Notes: generated from the letters alone by a model not told the origin. 64,000 bases of DNA from Eledone cirrhosa (GCA_964016885.1 OZ024744.1:39308001-39372000); one strand, 5' to 3'. Shown: positions 37,206 to 50,472, counted from the first letter of the stretch. Program-made: numbers and translations.

Positions 37206-37667
37206 GCTCCAATGGTGTACACATACACACATACAAAAATATACAGGTCACGGGTTTTGATCCCTGGACTAGCAGGCACATTGTGTTTTGGGGCCAGACA
37301 TTTCATTTTATGTTGCTATCATGATAGGACTAAGGCTACTATCAATAAAACCTGAAGAATCTCCTTTGATATACAACCTAGGAGGCCAGCTAAACCTACA
37401 TAGGTATGAGCTGCAGATTGCATATTCATATACACACATACAATACACAATGTCATCTTTTTGCTGCCACATCCTTATAGAATTACAGATGCTGCCCAAT
37501 TATTACCATAACCTGATCTAAGCCAATCAATGGCAGCCCTTAATAACATGTCCTCAAAATTGTATTCTCCATCTTGTTTTCTTTACTTGTCTCAAAGTAT
37601 TTGAAGGAGTTGGATGTGTTTACCTCTATGAAACCACAGATAATTCAGATATTAATCAAACTGTTAA

Positions 37668-38231
37668 TCATTATCATTGTTTAAAGTCCATCTTCCATGC
37701 TAGCATGGGTTGGACGGGTTTGTCCCACTTGAGGCAAGATTGGTTGGGTGATCATGTCTCACTCGTACAGAACTGTTTCTGGCAGGTTTTCTACGGCTGG
37801 ACGCTCTTCCTAACACCAACCACATTTACAGTGTCGACTGGGAGCCTTTTTGGGATGAGGTGATAAAAGCCGACCATACCCAATTGCACCTCTCAAAGGC
37901 GATGACACAGGACCGTGACCTCTGGTGTTACGCAGTAATACAGAAGGCCCGACTTTCTGAGGGCACAAGCCAAAGCTGAAGCATATAGATAATATGCCCC
38001 CAACCCCCTCCGCTGCAAAGTGGTCGGGGAGGTGTCATGACAAAAAAGCACCCAGCACTCACTATAAATGAGGTTGGTGTTAGGAAAGGCATCCAGCTGT
38101 AGAAATCAAGCCAAAATCAGTTCTTGTATGAGCAAGACAAGGTCACCCAACCTGGCACTGCCCACAACAGGACAACCCATCTAACCCATGCTAGCATGGA
38201 AGAATGGACGTAAAACGGTGATGATGATGAT
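37668..38231. mobile_element. joined RTE 3' fragments in opposite orientation: family A UTR (-, 37668-37850) and family B end (+, 37852-38231)
   Basis: Homology to 4570-4750 and 48350-48770; (ATG)n tails face outward. Confidence 0.8.
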
Positions 38232-38253
38232 ATATAATAATAATAATAATAAT

Positions 38254-40142
38254 ACAAGGACGATTTGTTAAGCCTTCATTACGTTTATTGATTGGTGACA
38301 CACATTTCGCTTTTGATCAGCTGAAGGTTTTATCTGTGTCGATGTGGCCTGAAGCTCGTCAGACCTCTGCTGTTGTAATGACAGAATGAACATATAGCAT
38401 AGAAATGTCTGTAATGTTGTAATGTTTCACGCTCATATGGTGGTCAGTTTATGTTGTTTTGATGAGGAATGTTGTGGCATGTGTGATAGGTGGGGGGGGG
38501 GGGGCTGAGCAGAGTGACGAGGTGGTGGTGGGGAGCGATGGTGGATGTGAGTTGGGGCGGGTGTGGTGTTTTGTCTTGTTATAGACATGTTGATGTGTAC
38601 GTGGTGAGGTGGAGGTGCTGTGTGTGGTGTGGATGTAGTAGGGCTGTGCGTGATAGGACATGAAAGGGTGCGGTGTTGTACTAGGGGTAAGGGGGTTTCT
38701 GCTGGTTATCAATTTGTTACGGAAGTGTGAGTTGACATAAGGGAGGTAGGTTAAACTGTGTTATGGTGGGGCTTATTAGGTTATATTAGGTAGGGGTGGG
38801 GCTTATTTGTAAGCTGTTTAGACATCGTTAAAGGGGAATTGCGCTATAAAGAATTAATGAGGTGATGAGAATGGTATGAGCTTAGTGTTTGAAAATATAT
38901 ATAAAGAATTAAAGGAATGAAGAATTATGGTATGATGTTGGTGTTTTAAAAGACTATAGAAACAACTATAATGACCATTTTTACTAAAAGAATTGTTTGG
39001 AGAGGTTGCTAAAACACTGGGTAAAGGCTCAGTGCATATTGTGTGAAGGAATATAAAAAGGAAAATAAATATACATGTGTACACATGCACCCAGGGACAT
39101 ACACACATGCACATCCACAATGTAAATGTCTATACAGTCATGCATCACCCCATAGAGGCACACGTGGAAGGTATACAGAACCAGAGGAGCATACATTACT
39201 ATATGCGTCTGCTCATGGCAGAGGATATGGAATTTCCATACTGGTCATCCTGCACTGGCGCCACAGGCTCATGTACACATCATATTTTCGGACACAGCGT
39301 CCCATGCACATATCATACATATGTCTGCGTTTCTGCATGTGTACTCGCTAATGAGATATGTGTAGTCATAGTCCAGGATCCATAGTACTATATGGCTGTG
39401 CAGGGGCGCAGGCAAACACATATGCACATATATACATACACACGCACGTACATATACATATATATACACACACATGGAGGTACATGGCTTAGTGGTTAGA
39501 GCATTGGCCTTGCAATCGAAAGGTTGTGAGTTCAATTCTCAGACCGGGCGATGTGTTGTTTCCTTGAGCAAGACACTTTATTTCACATTGCTACAGTTTA
39601 CTCAGGTGTAGAAATGAGATGATAGGGACTGGGGTCCCTATCATTCCACTGCAAAGTGGTCGTGGAGGTACCACGGCAAAAAAGCACCCAGCACTCAATG
39701 TAAATGAGGTTGGTGTTAGGAAGGGCATCCAGCTGTAGAAATCAAGCCAGCATCAGTTCCGGTCCCACCCTTGCAAGCAGGGAAAAAGCGGACGTAAAAT
39801 GAATTGATGATGATGATGACACATGTATGCACAAACGAAACAGGTTTGGATGTACGTGCGTTGGCATTGCATGTAGATGATATTGTGTGGGGTTAAATGG
39901 TGCCCAAAACATTTCTCATAGCTAAACCACCAATCAAAACAACATTAACTGACCACCATATGTGAAACATTAGACATTTCTATGTTTTATAAGTTCATTC
40001 TGCCATTATCACAGCAGAGGTCTGATGAGCTTTTGATTCTAGAGTCAGGCCAGATCGATACTGATAAAACCTTCAGCTGATCAATAATGAAACACGTCAC
40101 CAATCAATAAATGTAATAGAGGCTTAACAAATCCTTCTTGTA
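38254..40142. mobile_element. degenerate PLE-like element with inverted ~210-bp pLTRs, each containing a hammerhead-like motif
   Basis: 38254-38465 is the reverse complement of about 39930-40142. Motif GGT-CTGA(T/C)GA-GCTT...AAGC-GAAA-...-GTC-ACC at 38294-38365(-) and 40019-40101(+). Weak PLE-like peptide YLPYVNSHFRNKL near 38710-38750(-). Confidence 0.65.
39476..39819 (+). mobile_element. tRNA-derived CORE-like SINE with an RTE family B 3' tail
   Basis: A box TGGCTTAGTGG, B box GAGTTCAATTC; CTTGAGCAAGACACTT...CAGTTTACTCAG.TGTAGAAATG resembles the CORE domain; tail matches 48510-48660. Confidence 0.85.
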
Positions 40143-40145
40143 TTA

Positions 40146-40650
40146 TTATAATTGTTTCTACTTTTGGCACAAGGCCAGCAATTAACCAGTACATTACTGG
40201 TACTTTATTTTATCGACCCCATAAAGTACCAGTAATACACTGGGTAATAATAATTGTTTCTACTTTAGGCACAAGGCCACCAATTACCCAGTGCATTACT
40301 GGTACTTTATTTTATAGACCCCGTAAGGATGAAAGGCAAAGTCAACCTCAGCGGGATTTGAACTCAGATTGTAAAGGGACGTAACTGTGCTGCAAAGCAT
40401 GGCGTCCAACCCTCTACCAATACTGCTAATACACCGCCCTGGGTAATAATAATAATAATTGTTTCTTCTTTTGGCACAAGGCCAGCAATTATCCAGTGCA
40501 TTACTGGTACTTTATTTTATTAACCCCGTAAGGATGAAAGGCAAAGTTAACCTTGTTGGGATTTGAACTCAGAATGGCAAGGGCCGTAACTCTATGCATC
40601 AAAGCATGGCGTCCGACCCTCTACCGATACTGCCAATCCACATAATAATA
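40146..40650 (-). mobile_element. cluster of MetaSINE-like SINEs (one partial with a short inversion, two full tandem copies)
   Basis: Three tail copies TTGTTTCT.CTTT.GGCACAAGGCC near 40152, 40254 and 40459. Confidence 0.85.
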
Positions 40651-41271
40651 ATAATATAATATTAATAATATTTAGTTTATTTACAAGTAAACATCCTCAT
40701 AAAACACCACGTGGTAGATGACAAAGTCACCTTTTTTTTCCTGCAGTAGCTGAGAGAAAACAATCAAGAATTGACAATTGTTTCACTCACAAATACATTT
40801 AGGTCCTCATGGTTATGGTGCTTTAAAGTCCATATCACTAGCTCCAGTGCACATAGGACAGTAACAAATGGACACAAAACAGGACAATTGATCTTTCGAT
40901 TATTTACAAACAAAATAAAATTTGTTACAAATCGATGTGCTGCAACTGGAAAGAAGATAAATTATGCACAGAAGAAGTGAGAAAGAGATGGTCGAAGAGA
41001 CTTAAGTCCTATATGGACAACAGAAGGAGCAGAGAGAGAGAGTAAGTACTCTGATGAGAAGCGACTGTCCACTTTTTGGTCTGTTTTCCTGTTGTCTTCG
41101 CCCATATATAAACACATAGAAGTGTTTTGTATATATGGCCAATCTCAGACTCTTTTAGATCGCTAAGAATATAGTTAATATAAAGAATGATGTGTTCATG
41201 TGCCGAGATGTTATAAATTTGGGTGAAGGCACTTAACACATGGAAAAAGAAGTTGCCATCTATTAATGAAT

Positions 41272-41314
<43 letters not shown>

Positions 41315-42359
41315 GATTGAAGCATACATTCAGTATGCACCACTTTGACCCCCCCCCCCCCCCCCCATCATTACACTCCACCCACGTTTCAAATCCCACC
41401 CAGTATGCACACCTTTGCCCCCCTCCTCCCATCATAACACTCCACCCATGTTTCAAACCCCTCTCCCTTCACTTGATAGGTCCCTCCACCTCTCCCATCC
41501 CCATGCAACTTCCCTAAACCAGCATCCAGTCCACACTATAAAGTGGTCGCTTTGGTGCCACAACAAAAAGCACCGAGTCCACACTTTAAAGTGATTGTGT
41601 AGGTGTCACAACAAAAAGCAACCAGTCCACACTTTAAAGTGGTCATATAGGTGTCATGATAAAAAGCAGCCAGTCCACACTATGTGGTTGGTGTTAGGAA
41701 GGACATCCATCCATAGAAACCAACAGAAAATCAGTTTTGTATGAGCATGACCCAGTCATCTGATTTAGCTTATATAATACCTAAGTCCATGGCTACTAAG
41801 CATGACCTAGTCATCTGATTTAGCTTATAAAATACCTACGTCCATGGCTACTAGATGGGATTCAGGATAGTAAGATAGTAAAAATTAGTAACGTGCCAAT
41901 AAAACATTATAGGTAGAGAGGTGCCAGATATGACGGTGGTATTATGAGGGGTAAATATTAAAAAGGATATATGGAGAGATAAGGGAAGATAATACAAGGC
42001 AGGAAAAAATAAAAGATACTATAAAAATATAATAAAAAGAGAGAGTGTAAAAATACATATCACCTTGACCGACCAGTCTGTCGGGCGCCAATCGCCGCCG
42101 CTGGTTACAGCATGTCGTGCTGTTTTAGCCATAAGATAACGCCATCCTACTGGCTGGGTGGGCAGGCCGGAAAATATATATATATATGTCTCAAAAGAGT
42201 ATAAACTAGGTTTATACAGGATATTAATATGCATATAATTATAACTATAATTACAATTTATAAGTAATCGAAAATGGTATAAACAGGGTTTTGGTGCAGA
42301 GAAGACAATAGATTTTTCATCTTTCAGGTAGAAAGGTGAAGAAGCCAGCTGTCTAGTCA

Positions 42360-42490
42360 TGTATGTCATGACTCATACACTGTTCACTTTCCTGACATTT
42401 GTACATTATTCTATGTACTATACATGCACCTTTGATGAGTTATAGTGCACCTGAGCACTGTACACAATAATTTCATATTTATTATTGTAA
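42360..42490 (+). mobile_element. CR1 3'UTR fragment, inverted relative to 43240-43350
   Basis: Reverse-complement match: TGCACCTGAGCACTGTACACAATAATTTCAT. Confidence 0.75.
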
Positions 42491-42934
42491 TCCAGTTTGT
42501 GTGTGAGTAGGTAGCAGTGTATGAATAGGTTTGAGATACGAGGAAGGCTAGAGGTTGGCAATTCCTCTGTATTAGATCCTCTTGTAGTTTGGTTGTGGCT
42601 TATGGACTCAACTACAACAGGAGCTAAATTATTCTTGAAGATAGGGAATAGAGAATAGCAAGTTGAAAAATTGAAAAGGGAGAAAGGAAAAAAAGAAATT
42701 TGACTTGAAGACTGCCTGCAAAAGGAGTGTTATATTGTCTGCAGCCGTCTCCAAATGCTGCTAGATTTATGAGGTAAGGAAGATGCATCACTAGAATATT
42801 CTAGTCTATTTTTCACCTATCAGACAGGTTACTCAGGGATGATTGTAGTTAAAGAGGTGTATGTGTATAAAATTATGAGTATATTGTCTGACCAGAAATA
42901 GGAGAGGGATAAACAAAATATTAGTAAAATACAA

Positions 42935-43130
42935 TAATAATTGTTTTTACTTTTGGCACAAGGCCAGCAATTATTCCAGGGTATTACTGGTACTTTATTT
43001 TATCGACCCCATAAGGATGAAAGGCAAAGTTAACCTCAGCGGGATTTGAACTCAGATCATAAAGGGCCGTAACTCTTTGCTGCAAAGCATGGCGTCCGAC
43101 TCTCTACTGATACTGCCAATCCACCGCCCT
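42935..43130 (-). mobile_element. MetaSINE-like SINE
   Basis: Full copy; AAAATACAATAATAAT on both flanks (TSD-like). Confidence 0.85.
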
Positions 43131-43235
43131 AAAAATACAATAATAATGATAATTAAAATGGGAATATTGTGGTAGTTAAAAGAAGGCAGTTAGTTTCAAT
43201 GTATCTCTGAAAGTCAACCACTGGATACCACATTT

Positions 43236-44553
43236 ACAATAAAAATGAAATTATTGTGTACAGTGCTCAGGTGCACTACAAGGTGCATGTATAGTACATA
43301 GAATAATAAACAAATGTCAGGGAAGTGAATATTGTATGAGTCATGATATACATGTGTGTATGTGTATGGAGGGGGAATATTAGGTGTAGTGTTGGCGAAT
43401 CTCAGGAAGCATGGAGGTTTTAAAGGATGCAGTGTCTGACAGCTAATAACTGATGCAGGTAGTTTGTTCCATGCTTCAGCAACTCTCAGTGTGAAAAAAT
43501 GTTTCCGAAAGTCATGGGAGCTGTGCTGTTTTCTGAATTTGTGGGCATGCCCCACATATGTTAGACACATGGAAATCAAAAAGTTACTTAGGGTTGTTGT
43601 TGGCAAGATGGTTAATAATTTTGTGGGTGTTTACCAAGTCAGTTGCCAGACGTCAGAACTTCAATGTATCCATGCCCAGGGAAGCAAGGCGTCAGAGTAT
43701 GGTAGATGCTTGATGGAGGGTATTCACTTGGTTGCACCTCTCTGAACAGTTTCCAGGCGGTCAATGTTCTGAGCAAGATAGGGGTTTCAGACTGGTGATG
43801 CAAATTCTAAGTGTGGCCACACCATAGCTTTATACAGCTTTAAATAGATAGCTGGAGAGCGGCTGACAAAGGTCTTGCTGAGTGATGCTAAGACACCCTC
43901 GGCCTTCTTGACAATTTTAGAGATGTGCTTCAGCCAATGCAAATCGCTGCTGACAGTAATGCCCAGGTCACGTTCACAAGAAGACTTCTTGATATTAGTG
44001 TTGTGGAGGGAGTATGTGCACGCTGGGTTTTTACTCCCAAAATGCATGGTGGTACACTTGTCCACAGCTAGCTTGAGTTACCGGTCTGAGATCCATTGTT
44101 GCATTGTGTCCAGGTCAGATTGCAGGCAAGATCTATAGTGTTCAGGATTTGTCCTTTTTATCTCAAGGTACAGCTTGATGTCATCTGCATATTTCAGTCT
44201 GTGGCATTCTTTAAGTTGGCATCTATGTCATTAATATATGCCACAAAGAAAAGGGGACCAAGAACAGATCACTATGGTACACCAGATGACATCTCATATG
44301 GTGAGGAATGCTGTCCTAGAACCGTGACTACCTCTCTTCGATGGAGAATGAAGGACTTCAACCAGTTAAAAAGATCATCCTTCACACCCATTGCAGATAG
44401 TTTTACCATAAGTCTTTTGTGTAGTACAGAATTGAAAGCTTTCGCAAAGTCAAGGTAAACAACATCCACCCATGACCCGCCATCAGTAATCCAGATGATG
44501 TCTTCAAGAAACTCAATAAGTTGATCACAGCAGCTGGAGTTAGGGATAAATCC
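43236..44553 (-). mobile_element. CR1-clade LINE, 5'-truncated and frameshifted
   Basis: DVVYLDFAKAFNSV, SGVP, YADD, KCTTMHFG, ERDLGI, LYKAMVWPHLEFASPV, RKHFFTLRVAEAWNKLP. Confidence 0.9.
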
Positions 44554-44773
44554 AGAAATACAGATGGGGAACGTCCATAATGTTGAGTGCTTTAGTAATT
44601 CGTTGCATCATGATTTGACTATCAGAACCACTAGTTCTACAATTAGCTGATCAAAATAACTTATATATATATATATCTATATATCAAAGGTATATATTGA
44701 GTTAGAAACTCAAAATAGTCTCTTACAATAAAATAGCTGCAGGAAAGAGATTTTTCCGAGCCGTATATCATAA

Positions 44774-45948
44774 TCTATATATATAAAACAGAGGATGTCT
44801 GTCTGAGTGTCTGTTTCCCTAAAACTCGAGAAGTACCCAAACGTTTTTTTTCAAACTTTACACATATAACCCGTATGGCCCCGGAAGTGTTTTGAGCAAA
44901 AAAGAAATGTTTAATTATTCTGACCTAGGGATCGAATTAGTGAAGTGGCCAATGTCTGTACATAATGAGGGAGTGAGAGGGGAGAGAAAGAAACGGAGAG
45001 GCAAAGTGAAGAAGTGGCTCTCTACTCCTACTCCTCCTTCTCCCCATTCGTCACAGCGTTTTTCGATAGAGGGGAGAAATGTGAACGAGTTACAGAGAGA
45101 AAGAGTGAGAGTGAAAGAAACAGACAGACTAAAAGAGGGGGATAGCGGGAGCGAGAGAGAGTTGTATGCGTCAAAATACATGACAGTGGAATAACTATTG
45201 CGTGTGTGTGTGAGTTTGTGTGCATTTGCATGCGTGAGTGTGTATGTGTGCGTGAGTGATTATAAACTCTCTTACATGGTCTGATGGAATTAACCCTTTA
45301 GCATTTACATTACTCTATATATACTATATTATTTTCATGGTAAAGGCTTTATCTCACATAATATACAAATTTCATAGATTTAATATTATTTATTTTGAGA
45401 ATACCTTAACCCTTTAGTATTAATGTGAGTGAGTTATAAAGAGAAAGAGTGAAAGAAACAGACAGACTAAAAGAGGGGGATAGCGGGAGAGAGAGAGAGA
45501 CGCTGGAAGAGGGGAAGGAAAGCTATATGTCTTCCTGTCTGCATTACAATGACGTAATGCAGACAGTCAGACATACAGACAGATATTATAAGGGCGCAAC
45601 GTTATGTCTATGTATCTATCTAAAAAGAAAGACTACGAATTATAGAGAGAGATCGCTAAATCGCCTAATGCTCAAAACACTCACAGGACCATAAGTATTA
45701 CATGTGTAAAGTTTTAAAACAATCGGTTGGGTGGTTCTCAAGTTTTAGTGAGCCGACAGACAGACATTCTCTGTTTTAGATATATAGATATATATATAAT
45801 TATATATTCGTGTACAGATATTTTTGCATACACAATAACAAAATATAAATATACGTATTTATTTCACGAGGCTCAATAAGGATAAATATATATCAAATAT
45901 ATAAGAACCCTAGAACAAATCCCGAGTAACGCTGGGCCATTCTGCTAG
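44774..45948 (+). mobile_element. composite non-autonomous Helitron
   Basis: A|TCTATATATATAAAACAGAGG...CCCGAGTAACGCTGGG-CCATTCTG-CTAG|T; contains a piggyBac-MITE piece and an inverted 5'-end copy (about 45535-45789). Confidence 0.8.
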
Positions 45949-46101
45949 TAGAATATAAAAGAGAGATAAACACAGACATATACATATATGTGTTCAAATC
46001 GTAAGGGACCAGGTTCGCTAAGGTGAAAAAAATACTAGCGATATAAATATATATGTATATATTTATATATATATTTATATGTATGTGTGTGTGTATATAT
46101 A

Positions 46102-46152
<51 letters not shown>

Positions 46153-46229
46153 ATATGTATGTATGTGTATGTATGTATGTATGTGTGTATGTATGTATGT
46201 GTGTATATGTGTGTGTGTATGTATATGTA

Positions 46230-48770
46230 TTTTACTCAACGCCTACGACAGTAAAGAAGAACAGATACAGACATTTAATGTAGAAGAGAACTGGGAGTTC
46301 CTAAAAAATAATTTACTAGAGGCGACAGATGAGGTCTGTGGCTGGAGTAAGACCCTCAAGCAGGAGGAGAGTGACTTGGTGGTGGAACAATAAGGTAGAT
46401 GAAGCAGTTAAGGCCAAGAGACAGGCATGGAAAGAATGGAAGAACGGGGGGGGGGGGGAGCAGGGTACATTACATAGAGACCAAGAGGGAAGCTAGGCGA
46501 CAAGTATACTTAGCTAGGAGGAAAGCAGAGGATAGAAAATTCAAGCATGTTTTGCAACGTGAGGACCAGAAACAGGAGGTATTCAAGATTGCGAGGCAGT
46601 GTGTCAGAGATAGTTGTGATGTCATTGGAGAGAAGTGTATCCGGAATGATAAAGGTGAGCTTGCCCTCACAAGTGCTGAGAAGAAAGATGCATGGAAGAG
46701 TCATTATGATAGATTACTAAATGAGGAGAATGCATGGGAAGAAGAGACCCTACCCCAAGTAGACCCTATGGAGAGGCCAGCAGTACAAGTCAGCAGCAAC
46801 GTAGTAAGTAAGGCAATCAAAGATATGAAGATGGGGAAGGCAACCGGTCCATCGGGTATAGATGCCGAGATGCTGAAGGCATCTGGGTCTGTAGGTCACA
46901 CTATAACCACACGTATTGTTAACCAGGTAATACTAGAAGGTGTCATACCAAAAGATTGGTGCAGTAGCATCATTGTCAACTGCTACAAAGGTAAAGGCGA
47001 TGCACTAGATAGAGGAAACTATAGAGGTATAAAGTTGATGGACCAGGTCATGAAAGTAACAGAAAGAGTTATAGCACAGTTGATTAGGGACCGGGTGAAA
47101 CTAGATGAGATGCAATTTGGGTTTGTACCAGGAAGAGGCACCACTGATGCCCTCTTCCTTGTGAGGCAGTTACAGGAAAAGTACCTAGCTAAAAGTAAGC
47201 CACTCTACTTGGAATTTGTCGACCTTGAGAAAGCCTTTGACAGAGTTCCACGTGCTGTAATCTGGTGGGCTCTTAGAAAACTAGGAGTAGATGAATGGCT
47301 TGTGAAAGCGGTACAAGCCATGTATAGGGGAGCAGTCAGCAAAGTTAGGATTAGCAATGAGTATAGCGAGGAATTTAGCATACAGGTTGGGGTTCACCAG
47401 GGCTCTGTTCTTAGCCCCCTCCTGTTCATCATAGTCCTGCAGGCAATAACGGAGGAGTTTAAGACCGGATGCCCATGGGAACTCCTGTATGCTGATGACC
47501 TCGCACTCATAGCTGAATCTATGGTAGAACTAGAGAATAAATTCCAAACTTGGAAGCAGGGACTAGAAAGAAAGGTCTCAAGGTCAATATGACAAAGACT
47601 AAGGTTCTCGTAAGTAGACGAGAAAACAGAACCCCGATCCCCTCAGGGAAATGGCCTTGCTCAGTATGTAGTAAAGGTGTAGGTAGGAACTCCATTCTCA
47701 GCCCCAAATGCAAACAATGGGTACACAAGAGATGCAGCAGGATCTCAGGAAGCTTAATTAAGAATGTAGGCTTCACATGTAGCAGTTGTGCTGGGACAGC
47801 AAGCAGCAAACAGCCACAGGAAACAAGTACCACCAATCTCTGGGAAGGCTCTGTAGAAACAGTAGACAGCTTCTGCTACCTAGGTGACCGAATTAGCAGC
47901 GGAGGTGGGTGTTCAGAAAGTACAATAACTAGGGTAAGAACGGGATGGAAGAAGTTCAGGGAGCTACTGCCACTGCTAGCTGCAAAAGGCTTTTCCTTCA
48001 AAATGAAAGGCAGACTGTATGATGCGTGTATACGAACAGCAATGTTACATGGTAGTAAGACCTGGGCACTGAAGGTGGAAGACTTACGTAGATTAGAAAG
48101 AAACGAAGCCTGCATGCTCCGATGGATGTGTAATAGTAATATACGTGAACGGCAAAGCATAAATGAATTGAGAGAGAGACTGAGCATAAGAGGAATCAAA
48201 TGCTGTGTACAGGAGAGGCGGTTGCGTTGGTATGGACATGTGATGCGTATGAAGGATGACAGCTGCATAAAAAGGTGCAGAGCACTAGAAGACGATGGAA
48301 ACCACGGAGTGGGGAGACCCAAGAAGAACTGGGGAGACCCAAGAAGAACTGGGATGAGGTGATAAAAGCCGACCTTACCCAATTACACCTCTCAAAGGCA
48401 ATGACACACGACCGTGACCTCTGGCGTCACGCAGTAATACAGAGTACCCGACCCCCCATGGGTACAAGCTGAAGCATATAGCCAATATGCCCCCACACCC
48501 TCCACCGCAAGGTGGTCGTGGAGGTGCCACGGCAAAAAAGCACCCAGCCCACAGTGTAAAGTGGACGTGTAGGCGCCACAAAAAAGCACCCAGCACTCAC
48601 TGTGAATGAGGTCGGTGTTAGGAAGGGCATCCAGCTGTAGAAATCAAGCCAAATCAGTTCCTGTATGAGCAAGGCATGGTCAGCCGACCAGACACTGCCC
48701 ACAACAGGACAACCCGTCTAACCCATGCCAGCGTGGAAGAACGGACATAAAACGGTGATGATGATGATGA
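46230..48770 (+). mobile_element. RTE LINE family B, longest copy (linker, RT, PHD-like insert, 3'UTR), with frameshifts
   Basis: ORFs 46399-47592 and 47550-48362; frameshift near 47570; 20-bp tandem duplication near 48311-48350; (ATG)n tail. Confidence 0.95.
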
Positions 48771-48804
48771 TATATATATGCATGTATGTGTATATATGTC
48801 TAGA

Positions 48805-48997
48805 AAAAGAAGCACCCAGTACTCACTGTAAATGAGGTTGGTGTTAGGAAGGGCATCCAGCTCTAGAAATCAAGCCCGAATCAGTTCTGTATGAGCAAGA
48901 CATGGTCACTTGACCTAGCATTGCCCACAACAGGACAACTCGTCTAACCCATGCTAGCGTAGAAGAATGGACGTAAAATGGTAATGATGATGATGAT
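48805..48997 (+). mobile_element. RTE family B 3'-tail fragment
   Basis: Matches 48580-48770. Confidence 0.85.
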
Positions 48998-49000
48998 ATA

Positions 49001-49810
49001 TCATCATCATCATCATCATCATCATTTAACGTCCATCTTCCACGCTAGCATGGGTTAGACGGGAGTTGTCCCACTTGAGGCAAGGTTGGTCAGGTGACCG
49101 TGTCTTGCTCATATAGGACTATCTGGCAGGTTATCTACGGCTGGATGCTCTTCCTAACACCAACCACATTTACAGCGTGGACTGTGACCATACCAACGTA
49201 GTCTTCTCTCAAGTAAACAGCATCTGATCCCTCTTATTCTTAATTTCTCACTTAGTTCATTTATGTTTTGCCGTTCACGTATATTACTATTACACATCCA
49301 ACAGAGCATGCTTGCTTCGTTCCTCTCCAGTCTGCGCAGATTCTCTGCACACAATGCCCATGTCTCACTGCCATGTATCATTGCTGTTTGTATACAGGCA
49401 TCATACAATCTGCCTTTCATTTTTAGAGAGAAACCTTTTGTGGCCAACAGCAGTATAAGCTCTCTGAACTTTTTCCATCCCGTTCTGACTCTGGTTACTG
49501 TACTTTCAGAGCACCCTCCACCACTGCTGATTTTGTCACCCATGTAATGGAAAGTGTCCACTATTTCTATAGAACCATCTGGGCAATAGAAGGAACTAGT
49601 ATCCTGTGTGCACTTGCTACTTATTCCACCTGAGCATCAGCCACATATAAAATCTACGTTCTTAGATAGTTTACCTGTGATCCCACTACATCTTTTATGT
49701 ACCCCTACTTTGTATTTGGGACATAAAATGGAATTTCTACCTACTCCTTTCCTACACACTGAGCATGGCCATTTCACTGTGCCCTATTTTACCTTTCTAC
49801 ATACTAGAAA
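49001..49810 (-). mobile_element. RTE family A copy with an internal deletion joining the ORF to the UTR
   Basis: ORF 49154-49561(-); jumps from RWYGH to the UTR near 49185. Confidence 0.88.
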
Positions 49811-50157
49811 CATATATGTATTTATGAATGTATGTATATATTTGTATATATCTGATCTACACAATAACATCCTGCAGTACAAGCTATAAAGTGGTTGGTG
49901 TTAGGAAGGGCATCCAGCCATAGAAAGCTTCCCAAACAAGCAATTAGGAGGACCTTTCAGTTTGTGTCAAAAGACATGACAACTTCTCCTATGCACTCGA
50001 TATGACCATACATAAGCAGGATGCAGACCCCTCGGCCTATCTGGGTGGTCTAGCCTCATTCTAGTGCTGACTGTGTTTCTGTTGACCCGTTCAACCCTTG
50101 ATAGCAGGGAAAGCTGACATTAGATAATGATGATATACATACATGTATATATGTATA

Positions 50158-50472
50158 CAGTGTACCCTTGGCATTCGCGGTCCTGACATTTTTGGTCTTG
50201 GTTATTCGCGGAATTTTCCTTAGAACCTAACTAATAATTGTTTGTGGAAACCACCACATATTCGCGGAATCGTAAATATCTTCTGCGATTTTTTTATGGC
50301 TTTTTTCGTGGCAATATATATTTATTTAACGCTAAATTATTAATAAAAATATACTGTATTTGCTGGCCTATTGGACCGCCATTTACATAAGACACTCACC
50401 CTCTTTTTATTATATTTTGACATTTATAGGCATTTTTATCGACTACGTCCAATATTCGTCGTTTTTCACTCT

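Noticed and set aside
39476-39548. tRNA gene
   Set aside because: It is the SINE head: the cloverleaf is imperfect and continues into CORE and LINE-tail sequence in all three copies.
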